Source: Thelocarpon superellum (Eukaryota). Taken from it: a DNA stretch of 60,696 nt. The DNA is taken from positions 1 to 60,696 of the forward strand of contig JAPEUG010000065.1 in the NCBI GenBank assembly GCA_026025795.1, read 5' to 3'. The notes beneath the pieces are model-generated. The model saw only the letters and a list, made by a program, of their open reading frames with translations. It searched no databases and had not been told where the DNA came from. Each line of letters starts with the position of its first letter. Positions within the stretch are counted from its first letter, which is position 1. Shown here piece by piece: positions 1 to 12,136 of the stretch. The position numbers and the translations under genes are program-made.

Positions 1-42
<42 letters not shown>
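1..42. repeat. (GA)n microsatellite, 21 units visible, truncated by the window edge
   Basis: Perfect GA repeat at 1-42. Confidence 0.97.
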
Positions 43-45
<3 letters not shown>

Positions 46-558
46 GGGATGTGCTGGCGCGTACAAAGCAACAACCCGAAGGAAGGGTCGATGTGTGGCA
101 GTGTTTTATAGAGTGTCTTGTCTTCCTTTGAGTTGTGGGAGGAGGGAGGATGGTGGTGGATCAGTGTGGCTGGACTTGCTCTGGATGCGGACAATCAAGA
201 CAGAAGCAGAAACAGTGAGACGATTCAAGAATTGTCTCCGAGCTCGATAAACTTGCACCTCAGGCAATGTTGGATTTCATCGACGTATCTGCATTCTCCC
301 AGGTCGCCTCCTGTAGTCCTGTAGTGTCCTGTCGTCAATCGCTATTCTCCCGCCGCCTGGGACTGGCTGGCGATTCAAACAAATTCACACCCGACGCGGT
401 GCATGACACGGACCCCAACGCCTTGCTAATGATGTAAGATCTTCCTGACCCTGCCGACCGTATCTTCCATTCCATCCCATTGCGTACAATCCCATTCCAT
501 AATGTATCCTCTTTCCGTCCGTCCAGACCTTTCTAAGCCGCCAGGTGTCGTCTCGTCT

Positions 559-3500
559 TCATGCCGTTGTGGATCGTGCACAATCCCATTGATACTGCGG
601 CTGGTTAGAAGCGTGTCTTCCCCTCAGAAGCTGTGATGAACACATACCACGCGCCCATCTTCATCCCCTGCATACACCGCCTGAGCCATGGGTAAGACGG
701 AGGTGATGCTCGGGCTTGTGGCGGACCCCTCGTCGCTCCCCGAGTTGTGTGCGTCGAGGCGTTTGATGAGCTCGAGCACAAACGCTCCATTGCGAATCAC
801 TTTGGCCCACACCTGCACGACTCCGCGCTTATGTCCGGTCACGATGATCTCGCGCTCGAGCCACTCGTCACCGGTGCCTTCGTAGAAGGCGCAGCATGTC
901 ACGTAGTCATCGCTCCGCTCACAAACGCTTTGCTCCAACAGCATCTGACCATTCAACGAGCAGAGGCTGACACGCCGTCCGCGGCAGATCATGATGTTGC
1001 CCGTGACATCGTTGATGCGGGCACACTGTACCCGACCGTTAGCCTGCCCCGCATCCTGCTGTTCGAGTCCGCTCACCTCCACTGGACCGCCGGAAGAAAG
1101 TTTTCGCACAAAACGTAAGCGATTGAGATCCCACAACAGCACGACACCGTCCGTCGAGGCGGACACAAAGGTACTAAGCGATCGCGAAACGGCCAGAGCG
1201 GTGACGGGGGTGTTGTGCCCACAGAGACACGTCTTTGGCTGTAATTCAACGGTCTTGCCGGCCGCCTGCACTGCCCACACGGACACGGTGCAGTCCATCC
1301 CCGCCGTGATAAGGGTGCGCGAATCGGCAAACGTCGCGCACGACAGTTGACCTTGATGCAGATGCTCGAACAGGCCGATGAGCTTATGGTTGTCCGTCAC
1401 ATGGAACCGGACACTGTGGTCTGCGTATCCCCACTCCAAATACTTTTCGTAATGGGGGGGCATGTTGAGTCTGAAGGCTGTCGAGGCGAGGAGCCGTTCA
1501 TGCTTGCCAGAGTACTGCAATGAGGTTACACGCTCACGTTTCTCTATTCTCTCGAATCAGCGTTGCGCTCGACAGCCAAGGGGCCAGCTGGCAACTCACC
1601 GAGTACGGGAAACGGGAGACGGGTCAAGGACTCGGCCGCCGTGTCCAGCCGCTTGGACCGCGGTTCCCCATCTTCGCGGCGTGGATGCGCCTTGGGGAAG
1701 ACTTGATGGGGAGTCTGGCCAAAATTGTGGATGATGCCGATTGTCGCAAGACGCTCGACCGGATCCTCGATATGGTCCAGGTCCTTCGCGCCGTGATAGG
1801 AGAGGTGATGAAAGACGTTGGTGGCATCGATCGCCGCCTCCCCTCGCTGTTTGAAGCCAAACACCAGATCGATCCATTGGTGCAAGTGTTTGCTCACGTG
1901 CGGACTCTCCAACGCCTCCCGGTGCTTCGCGACGAAGATCTTCGGGTCACCCTTGGCCCACGGTGGTAGGACCACCTGGTCGATGCGCTGCCCCGTGCCT
2001 TGTCGAACGCCAAAATCATACCCGTTCGCATTCTCCAGGAAATCGGGAAGATAGTAGAACTCAGGGATCAGCTCGCGCACGTCCGTCATGTTCTCGCGCG
2101 ACGCCGACCGCCACGCCTTCTCAACGGAGAAGAAGAGCCGATCGGCATGATCGAAGCTGCCGCCTTGCAAGAGCAAGTATGATTGTACGAACGGCTGCAA
2201 CCGAATCAGGTACGAGGCCACGATCATGGCGGACGAGTAGTGCGTGCCATAGTGGAAGGGTGGGGCCGAGTCGTCGCCCATCTCCGCGAATGACTGGTAC
2301 CGGTCGCGGAACTCGGCCTGTCGGTCATGCGTCTGACATCCCATAGGCAGGGAGAGGTCACGGAAGGAGTAAGGACTGTCGAGATCCAGCTCCTCGCTCG
2401 TGTAGTCGGCCAAGACCCACGGAAAGACGGGGTACTGGGTCAAATCGTTGAAGGTGCGTCCAGCCATGGTGTTGACGAGCATGAGGTAGTGAAAGTTGGA
2501 CAGCTCACCCTTGAGCCAGCGTCGCGTCGCCGGGTTCGACGAGGCGGAGGTGAAGACGTTGGCAAACTTGGTGCCCAACGACTGCGGCGCGTCTTCGTGG
2601 CTACGCAACGCCTCGACCCGCCACGCATCCTCTGGGTAGGGCGAGGTCGCGTGGCCACTGACGTGTGGAGCTTTGCCGAGAAGCTTCTGGTGGAGAGTGT
2701 CGCGGAGGCTAGGTGAGAAGGCCGTGAGTAGATAGCTCCGACCATCGGTGAAGAAGACCTCGATTGCGACGTCGCGGAAGAGAAAGCGCCGCTTCGAGAT
2801 GCTGATGACTTCGCCCCAGCGCCAGCTGCGCGAATCATGCTCGGTGCCGCCCACTGAGGCCCGTTTGTCCTGCGCCTGACGTCCCGCAATCATCTGGAGG
2901 TAGGGGTCCCGCTCCTCCTTGGGTGCTTGCCACACGTTCACAATCTCCCCGTCCGTGCGTTGGAAGTAGTTGTCCAGTAAATAGAGCGCGTCCTTGCCAA
3001 GGATGAGCAAGCCTTCCACGGCCTCCAGCCCGACGATGCGTGACACGTTGTACACGTGCTGGACCTGGTCGCCCCGCTGGAGGCTGCGCATGACCTTACG
3101 ATTCTTGTCCTCAAAGCCATCGCCTTCATTTGGATCCTCGACCATCTCAAAATCGTCTTCAGGCGCCAGGGCGTCGTCCGACGATCCGTTGTCGGCATCC
3201 TCACCGGAGGCCTCGGTCCCACCGGTCGTGCGTGGGGTCAAGGGAAGCGGGGAGCCAGTGCGCATGGACGGGTCAGGCTTCGGCGTCCCGTTGGCAGGCA
3301 CCTCGATCGGCTTGCCTTTTGGCCGATACTCGTCCTCCTGCGCGGTGCGGTCGTCAGGTACTAGCCGGAGCCGAACGCGATTGCGGCCCTCGGTCTGATC
3401 GAGCCGCCATCGCTGAGCGGCGCCATCGGCGAGCAGGCCGCACGGACGCCGCAAATCTCGCTCCAACGTGGCGTAGGTGGACGCGATGTAGTGGAGCGTA

Positions 3501-6500
3501 TCCTGCTGGTCCTGCAGAGCGCGCTGATGTTTGACATGTTCTGAGGCGTAGATGTTGACATTCCAATGCTGCGTAGCGACTTCATGCCGGCGCAACGTCT
3601 CCTCCTGGCTGGCATCCTCGGCCACCCAGCCTTTCAGGCGGTCACGACGCCGGCCCACGCGGGATTTGGCCGTCTCTTGCGTCCGCTGGTTCTCCTGCGA
3701 GACAAACGTCTCCCACGATGTGGCCATGGAGCCAAAGAAGAACACATCGAGGTCCTCGCGATGCTCGTCGATCCAGAAGAGGAAGGTCTCGTTATCGAGC
3801 TCCATGATCTTTTGGAAGCCCGACGAGAGTTGCTTCTGATCCATCGTGACGGCATGGTTCAAGATGGCCGAGGTCTCGGCAGGCTTCTGCACAAGGATCA
3901 AGCGCCAGAGGTTCGCCGCGGCCAGCCGGACCTCCTCCCGTCGGTCGATCAGCTTAGTGTATAGTAGATAGCATATCAGGCGCAGAAAGTCGCCCTCGGT
4001 GTTGTCCGGTGAGAGAATGATGGTCTGCCAATAAGCCATCCGATCCAAAAAGACGCGTGGATCGCCTTCCTCCGGGTCTTGCTCATCGAGCTCCGAGAGC
4101 CGGAGCAGGACAACACGCAGGAAGACGGTACGGATTGTAGCAACCGCCTGGCTACACAGACGCACGCTCTTGCTCTGCGCCACGTCCGGCCGCTGCAGGT
4201 ACTCCAGCAATGTGCCGGCGAAGTCCAAAAGCGGCGTGGCTCCATTCAGAAACCATCCCTCGAAGACGGCCTCGCCCAGATGAGAAGTGAAGCGCGACAA
4301 GTTGTTGAGCACGTGTGGCTTTGACAAGACCCGCGAATCCAGCTGGACCGTATTCCCGAGGTGAGTGAGGGTGTTACGGAGGATATATGACTCGAAGTAG
4401 GCCTGGTGCTCCTGGAAACCCGGCGGCACCTTGAAGAACACGCCAAAGCCGGTGAAGTCTTTTCGCTCCAAGACCTGATCCATGAAGACGCCGATGACGA
4501 TTTCCAGTAGGGCCTCGACTGTAGCATGGCTGGTATTAGCCACCGGGAAGGACGAGGTCTTGGGCGACATGATCGGGTTCAGCCGTGCCGTGGACGGGCT
4601 GCGTGGCGCCCGGTCAGATGTGACGAGGATGAACGATGAGCCACGGCGGAGGACGGGTACCCGCGGGTTTCGGGGACTCGGGGGCCGCTCGACCGACGAG
4701 GTGCGCACGATGGGCAGGGTCTGGTCGCGGGCGCGGGAGGGCGGACGAATGACGACGTCTGCCCCATCAAAGGTCAAGGCAGAGTCTCTCGAATGAAGTT
4801 CGGTAGTGGCGCTCACGGGGTCGGCGGTGACGATGACGGGGAACAAAACAAACAAGAGCTCTTGCACATAGTCCGAGGAGAAGGCAAAGTCGCGGAAGGC
4901 CGGTGACCTGGCGTGGATATCGGCGAGGAAGGAAAGGACTGTGCGCAGAACGGAGGCGTCGTCTTCCATGCGCTGTGCGGGCGCCTGCTCCGCGTCTGAT
5001 CCTGGTTAGCTTAAAGCGAGCGCGAGCCAGGAAGAACGGAGTATGGGTCACTCACTTCGCAGTGCAAAGTCGGTGTTCATTGACATCGACCGCCCTCGGG
5101 CATGCTTCGAGCGTGACACGTTCGGCTCATGCCTGGCCGGGTCCTCGTTCGTGCCGGCAGGCCGCGGCACGGGCTCCTCGTGATATGTTGACACCGACTT
5201 CAGCCCGCTGCGCAGCATGGCAGTGATGACTGGGAGCACCTCTGGGTACACCACTTTGGCGTGGCCGTCGGATGAGAAGGTATCTAAGAGACTGTACAGA
5301 TCAAAGGCGCGCTCAAAGTTCAACTTGGCCAGGTCGTAGTCGAAGAGGATGGCGAAAAGAACGGGCCAGAGGGTTGGGATATTCCACCACCGCTGTAGGC
5401 GTTGCTTCATGATGACGAACCCTCCGCTCTTGGACGCAAACTTGCCAATGTAAGCGGCACCATGTACGACCAGGACCCGCGACAAGATCTTCGCCGCTAA
5501 GACCACGACCCGCGGCTCGTCTTCGGCCAGGAGGTAGAGCAGCCACTGCGGTGGGATCAGGATAAGCCTTGAGCAGTTGCGGGGGGATGACTTGCCTTGT
5601 TCGTCACAGTGCGGGCGAACTTCTTGACGATTGTTGGATCGGAATCTTCGCACAAGATTTCGCATATCATTTCGAGAATCTTCAACCCCAATTCTGCACG
5701 TAAGAGCCGAGTTCCACCTGCGGCGCCTTCGGCATCAGGCCCCGTTGGCGTGTTGGACCGACTCATCGAGGCGGACGAGTCCGTGCGGCGACGGCGGAGA
5801 GTCATCAGGCCCAGCCGTGGCTTGACGCTCGTGACGCGCATGATGGGGCTCTTGTGCAGAGCATAGGTAACGAAGAGGGCCAAGGAGCGTAAGACCTCCG
5901 CCGAGACGCTACAGCGGACGAGACTCTTGAGTGCCTGGAGAAAGTCGGGAAAGGTGTCGTGGTAGAAGGTCTCACTCTTCAAGGCGTCGAGGAAACGGCG
6001 GACGATGCGCATGCGCACGAGGCGCTTGGCGTTGTAGCCGTGGTAGGTACTGTCAGTGGCAAAGTCCAGGAATTGGCAGTAGTACTCATGCTGAGTCGTG
6101 GGGTTCGTGCGTCGCCAGGTGTCGAAGTCGACGAGGAGGATGCGGTAAGCCAGCGGATTGACGATAAGCGACGCTTTGGGACGATCACGTTCGTATCCAA
6201 TGAAGGCCAAGATGATGCGGAGTAGTTCGCGGCTGAGTCGTTGCTGCTCGTCGATGCCACCGTCGATGGGCCGCACGTCGCCGAGCGGGCCGGCGGCGAC
6301 AGTGGTGCCGATGCCCATCTTGGCGCGCAGGAGGGCGGCGAGGATGGCAAAGGCATTCTGTCGCTCCATGGCCTCGCTGTTGCGCCAATTGTCGCGGACG
6401 GCCTCGAGGAGAATCTCGACGGCGCGAACCAGATCTGGGCGGTTGTGGGCCACCTCGACCATCTTCAGACCGATCGCCGGGGATCCGCCGATGCGCCAGT

Positions 6501-8577
6501 TCGCCTCGTCGAGCGGTGCTCGCACAGCCACAACTGGCTCGCCGGTCAGAATTGCGGTACCGTGGGGTAGCATTAACGCGTCATTGATAGCCGGGACGGC
6601 GATGTTGAGAGCGATGGCGTTCGCGCCGGCGCGTGTCAGGTGATGCAAGCTGGCGGCGGCTTGTTCGGTCAAGCCATGAACGACGGGAAGATCCTCGAGG
6701 GCGGCGCTTGGAATATCGGCGAAGACGGCGAGCGGCGTGATGCTGAAGTAGATGCGGCCTTCGGACAGGATACCGCTAGCTTTGAGACGGACGGCGGCGG
6801 CGATGTCTGATTTGTCCTCTTTACCCGGATGCATAGTCTCGTTACGCAGATTGAGCAAGGCGGAGGCTTCGTACGTCTGAAAGGAGCCCAGACAATCTTG
6901 AAAGTTCCCTTGATACCGTGGGCCTAGGCGATAGTAGACCACGATGAGATCGTCGCTGAGTGCTTCGCCAAACAGGTGACAGGAGGCGAGGGACCACCGC
7001 GACGACACGACGTCCTTGCCGAGCCGCGAGGACAGATCCTGCGGCGTGCCAAGGAATACTTGCACCGGGCTCTGGCGCTGGCCGGACGAGGAGGGGGCGC
7101 TAGGCGGCGACGACGGGTACTGACAGCGTACATGCTCAACGAGGTGACCGTTGACGAAGAGCGCGGCACGACTGGCGGCCATGGCCCGTGGCCGACGGTG
7201 CACCAGGGCAACATGATACCAGCTACCCGGTTGGAAGGCCACCGCCTTGAAGCGCACACTGGGCCGGGACGATGTGACCGAGGTCTGCAGAATGAAGTTC
7301 CGCGTGTCCTTCTCCAGGTACGCCAGCACAAAACAGGTCTGGGAAGCATCAAAAGCCCCGAAGATGGTGGTATGTGTGCTCTCATCGAAGGTATCAAAGT
7401 ACACCCAGGCGGCCAAAGTGTAGCCCAAGGATGGGGACATCGGTGGAAAGGGTCGGCCTAGGGTGGATAGTTCGACAGAAGCAAAACCATGGAGCGACAA
7501 GTCAAATTGGATATGCGATGGGCTCTTGGAGGAGCGAAGGGCGGCCAACAGAAAGTCGGCCGCCGGCGCTGCAGTGGTGGCGGCACGATAGAGGAATTTG
7601 GCATCCTCAAGACTCGTGATGCCGAGGCTGATGATCGTCTCGGCCAGGACACGCAGCAGGGATGCCCCTAATGATGAGTGATTGCCCTCGAAGACGTGGG
7701 GTAGGATGGCGGACAGGAGACCCGTCTGGTGTATTGCCACCAAATTGTATTCTGAGGACGATGCCAGGGCTTGCAGCACCGCCAAGAGACACAACAAGGT
7801 CACGTTGGCCGAACCCTGCTTCTCCGTGTCCTGTCCATACCACGACCGCCAGAAGGTGAAAATGGTGGTGACAATCTCGGGATTGTACAGAAGCTCTTTG
7901 CCGGTGAGAAAGTCTCCGCACCGTGCTCTAATGGCAAGAAGGGCACCATCTCCCTGAGCGACGGCGATGTTGGGGGAGTTTCTCCGGATATTCGTGAACA
8001 TGGCGGCATAGCTCTCGTCGGCCAGGGCCAACGCGAGTAGACTGCCGAAAAGCTGATCCGTGCCGTCATTGTCGAGGTCATTGGTGGTAGTCACGGCAGC
8101 GCCCAGACCGGTGCTGGCTAAGGCCTGCTCGAGGGCCGTCCAGCCCCCACCCTCCACGCACCGGGCAAAGAAGCGCCTGTTCCCCGGATGTCCCTGCAGG
8201 GCCGCGGCGAGGAGACTAAGGATAGCATTCAGCAGCTGAAAGAAAGTCGTCCTGTCCTCAGGAGACAGATGACCGGGAACGTAGTAGCCCGACAACGATC
8301 GCAGCAGTCCAAGCAGATCCTGGAAGCCCCCCAGGTGACGGAAGGCATCTTTGGGGCGCTGAGGCGGGGCAGTCTGAAGCAGGCAGGATCGGATGCTGTA
8401 GAGGCGCTGAGTCTGGGTCTCGAGGGTTTCACGGGTCGGGCGGGTGCCGGGGTCGGCAGGGGGGTCGGGCTCTAAGAGAGACTCGAGCAGTGGCTGCAGC
8501 TCGGGCGTCGCAGCGGCGCTGGCGGAGGAGGTGGAGGCGGTAGTCCAGGAACGCTGCCGGTGCGCCAGCAAGGGCAT
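559..8577 (-). CDS. BPH1: BEACH/Beige domain protein (ConA-like, PH-BEACH, WD40); BPH1/ALFY-like
   Basis: Exons 8577-5596, 5545-5056, 4995-1600, 1543-1077, 1025-648, 594-559. Intron 1 is GC-AG and the rest are GT-AG. BEACH motifs GRTFNDLTQYPVFPWVLADY, HYGTHYSS, RELIPEFYY, WIDLVFG and NFGQTPHQ are present, preceded by PH-BEACH (KRRFLFRDVAIEVFF) and followed by WD repeats. Ends YQWDCARSTTA*. Confidence 0.95.
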
Positions 8578-9725
8578 GGCGGAGCGGGCAAAAGGGTTAG
8601 GAAGGGGTGGAAATCATCGAGTTCCGGCACCCGCTAATGTTGGGGCTCAGCGCTGCTCGACGGGAGGCAGGTGGAGCTTGGCGGGGAAGGCCAATCGAAC
8701 GAGTGACATCACTCTCACGCACGAGGAAGTGGAAGCGGGCGCGGGAGCAGCAGCGGGGCGGACGAGGTGCGCAGCGTGGCCATGGAAGTGATGGAGATGC
8801 AGTATACGATCAGCTGGTCAGTACCGTGGACATGTAGCATTTCCACCCACGATGGTCGAATACAGAGGTACGAATTACGACAATACGGGTAAGGGCTGCA
8901 GATCAGGGGAGCGTAGCAGGCGCGGTGGCCGTCGCAGTGAGCATGGAGAGCTGTCCGTATCACGATCTCATGATGGCCGGTGGGTGAGTCATGCGGGACC
9001 TGGTCATCGACGGAGGACGTGTAGACGGATTCGTCGATCGCACACACGTCTCGCATTCATACATGGCAGCGTACTTCAGCTCGCGTGTCTCGAACACGTC
9101 GGACGGATGACTGCTCGAGCCCGTTGATTGGGTTATCATGCAACACTACTTACTAGTAGTAAGTCGTAGTTGTTGAGTGGGACGGGCAGCGGTGTTGGAC
9201 TGTTTCGCCCGCCGTGGCTGATCAAGCGTGGTGCTCAGCTGCAGGGTAGGTCCGCATGCCCGGCAGCTGGCTGCTCAGACGACCGTGTGGGTAGTGAAGT
9301 CCGTTAGCCTATTGGAGTCACGCGATCGCGTACTCCGACCAGGCAACGGTACGGACTCTGGCTACTCGTGCTGGTACTGCCAGAGTGGTGCTCGGTGCCC
9401 GGTCGCACGCAATCCGGTGCAGATCTACCTCACTACTCGTCCCGCCGAGCTACGCCGGCGCCAGGCCCCGGGCCGGTTGTCTCATCATCGCCCGCAGCCC
9501 TCGCTGCTCCCTCTCTCTCCGCTGCTGTCTCACGGCGGACACTTGACCGTGACCTGCCAACCTCCGCCTCCCTCTTCTCGCCACTGCCCATCATCATTTG
9601 TAGTCCCCACTGAGTCCTTTCCTTCCATCTTCTTTGTCTTATCATTATCGCTGTCTCCCTTGTGGTGCCGCCCGACGCCGCCATATCGCTTATCGAACGT
9701 CATCGTTGCCACCTACCGCGGCACC

Positions 9726-11522
9726 ATGCGGTCGCTTCTCCTCCAGGCGTTGTTGCCCTTGCTGGCCACAGCGTCGCCCGTCTTCAACGTCGGCACCGTG
9801 CACAACGATGCCGCCCCGCTCCTCTCGTCCTCGACGGCCGAGGAAGTGCCCAACTCGTACATCGTCGTCTTCAAGGACCATGTTGACGCCCACGGCGCTG
9901 CCTCCCACCACGACTGGGTTCAAGCCCTGCACATCTCCACCCAGGATACCAAGTTTGAGCTCCGGAAACGCTCGCAGCTACCCTTGGTCGATGACTTCTT
10001 CCACGGCCTTCGTCATACCTACGATATCGCTGGCTCGCTGCTTGGCTACTCCGGTCATTTTGACGAAGACGTGATCGAGCAGGTCCGAAGACATCCGGAT
10101 GTATGTCGTCCCCATACCTTCTCCCTGTTTCCCAGCCTCCCCTCTTGCTCGTCATGGCCCTTCTCTCTCTGTCTCCGGGCCGCGTGACCGCGGTCCAATC
10201 GAGGCGTCGTGATCCCGGGCGGAGCTTATCTCTCTTATCCTGCCCGCACGTGACTCGTGGTCCAGCCCTCGCGGCGCAGTCTCTGAATCGTTGCTGACCA
10301 GCACTGGGACAGGTGGCGTACGTGGAGAGGGACTCCGTCGTCCATACGATGGGCGGTGATGAGGGCGAGCTCGAGAAGAATTCGCCTTGGGGTCTGGCGC
10401 GCATCTCGCACCGCAAGAGCCTCAGCTTCGGCACGTTCAACAAGTACTTGTATTCGGCCGACGGCGGCGAGGGCGTGGACGTCTACGTCATCGACACTGG
10501 CACCAACACGGAGCACGTCGACTTCGAAGGCCGTGCATCTTGGGGCAAGACGATCCCGGCTGACGACGAGGACAAGGACGGCAACGGGCATGGCACGCAC
10601 TGCTCGGGCACGGTGGCTGGTAAGAAGTACGGCGTGGCCAAGAAGGCCAGCGTCTACGCCGTCAAGGTGCTCAAGTCCAACGGCTCTGGGACCATGTCGG
10701 ACGTGGTCAAGGGCGTCGAGTGGGCGGCCGAGAGCCACATCGCCAAGGTGCAGGCGGCCAAGAAGGGCAAGGGGAAGAAGGGATTCAAGGGCAGCGCCGC
10801 CAACATGAGCCTTGGCGGCGGCAAGTCGGTGACGCTTGACAAGGCCGTCAATGCCGCCGTGGCAGTAGGTATCCACTTCGCCGTCGCGGCCGGCAACGAC
10901 AACGCCGACTCCTGCAAGTACTCGCCCGCGGCGGCGGAGAATGCGGTGACTGTGGGGGCGTCGACCCTTTCGGACGAGCGTGCCTACTTCTCCAACTACG
11001 GCAAGTGCAACGACATCTTCGCCCCGGGCCTGAACATTCAGTCCACGTGGATCGGCAGCAAGTACGCTATCAACACCATCTCCGGCACGTCCATGGCTTC
11101 GCCCCACATCGCCGGCCTCTTGGCGTACTTCCTCTCGCTCCAGCCGGCGGCCGACTCGGCCTATGCCGTGGCGGAAATCACGCCCAAGAAGCTTAAGGCG
11201 AACCTGATCAGCGTCGCCACGCAAGGCGCCCTGTCCGACGTGCCAAGCGACACCGAGAACGTAAGTCTTGTCGGAGCGCCCTCCCTCACGGCGCTCAGAT
11301 GGCTAACCATGCCGGCAGATCCTGGCCTGGAACGGCGGTGGATCGTCCAACTACAGTGGGATCGTGCATGAGGGCGGATATACGGTCCAGCGGGGTCAGG
11401 ACAAAGCCACCTTGGCCCAGGTGACCGAGGACGTGGAGGCGCTGTCGCACGAGGTCGAGAACCTCGTGGCCACCGAGGTCAAGGATTTCCTCGAGGAGGT
11501 GATGATTGCCATGACGCAGTAA
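9726..11522 (+). CDS. PRB1: Vacuolar subtilisin-like serine protease (protease B/cerevisin, S8 family) with signal peptide and I9 prodomain
   Basis: Exons 9726-10100, 10313-11260, 11319-11522. Catalytic triad motifs VIDTG, HGTHCSG and SGTSMASPH; prodomain SYIVVFK...GYSGHF; vacuolar-type C-terminal extension ILAWNGGGSSNY. Confidence 0.96.
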
Positions 11523-11719
11523 GGCGCGGGCGATGGACGTAGCAAGCATCTTTTTGTGCGCTTTCGGTCTCGGCAGCATGAATGGGACGTCGGATCACCC
11601 GGTGGTTTGACGGTCGGAGGATGGATGAATGGATCGATGGGGCGGCGAGGCCACCTTGACGGGTAGTTTGACTAGTCTTTCTCTAGACGTCCGTTTCCTT
11701 GTAGTTACATAACCACATT

Positions 11720-11760
11720 CACGCATGCACATGCACATGCACATGCACACGCGCATGCAC
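11720..11760. repeat. (ACATGC)n-based perfectly alternating purine-pyrimidine tract downstream of PRB1
   Basis: cacgcatgcacatgcacatgcacatgcacacgcgcatgcac. Confidence 0.85.
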
Positions 11761-11985
11761 CCGAAGACGGGCGGAGACGATGAGGGCCGCTCGTAGAGCA
11801 TCGAGTCGTGGACTGATTGTTGGCGGGGCATCTGGCCCTGGAGGGCGATTCCGGGATACTCGCGTGCCGAACGGAACGGACGAAGTACGACGTACCACCT
11901 ACGACGGACTCCTTTAGCGAGGCCTGCGTCCGGCGGCAAGAGCCACGAGCAAACAGAGCAAACAAGTCGAGCTCCCTGGTCGGCT

Positions 11986-12019
11986 GTACGAGTAGTCTGG
12001 TACGAGTAGTCTGGTACGA
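11986..12019. repeat. 14-bp tandem repeat (GTACGAGTAGTCTG x2.4) upstream of EMC1
   Basis: Read directly from the sequence. Confidence 0.85.
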
Positions 12020-12136
12020 CAACTCCACAATAGCTGCACGTCGAACTGGCCGTTCCGAACCCCGAGCTTCCATCCATGTGTCACGGTCCGGCGCCGCGCT
12101 CACCCTCCCTTATTCTCTTCCCCCCTCTCCTCGACA

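Noticed and set aside
9228..9725. Long N-terminal extension of the PRB1 ORF (GTG start)
   Set aside because: The signal peptide begins at ATG 9726; the upstream sequence looks like promoter or UTR.
10235..11224. 329-aa ORF antisense to PRB1, and similar overlapping ORFs within BPH1, EMC1 and the septin
   Set aside because: Antisense or alternate-frame artefacts of GC-rich codon usage.
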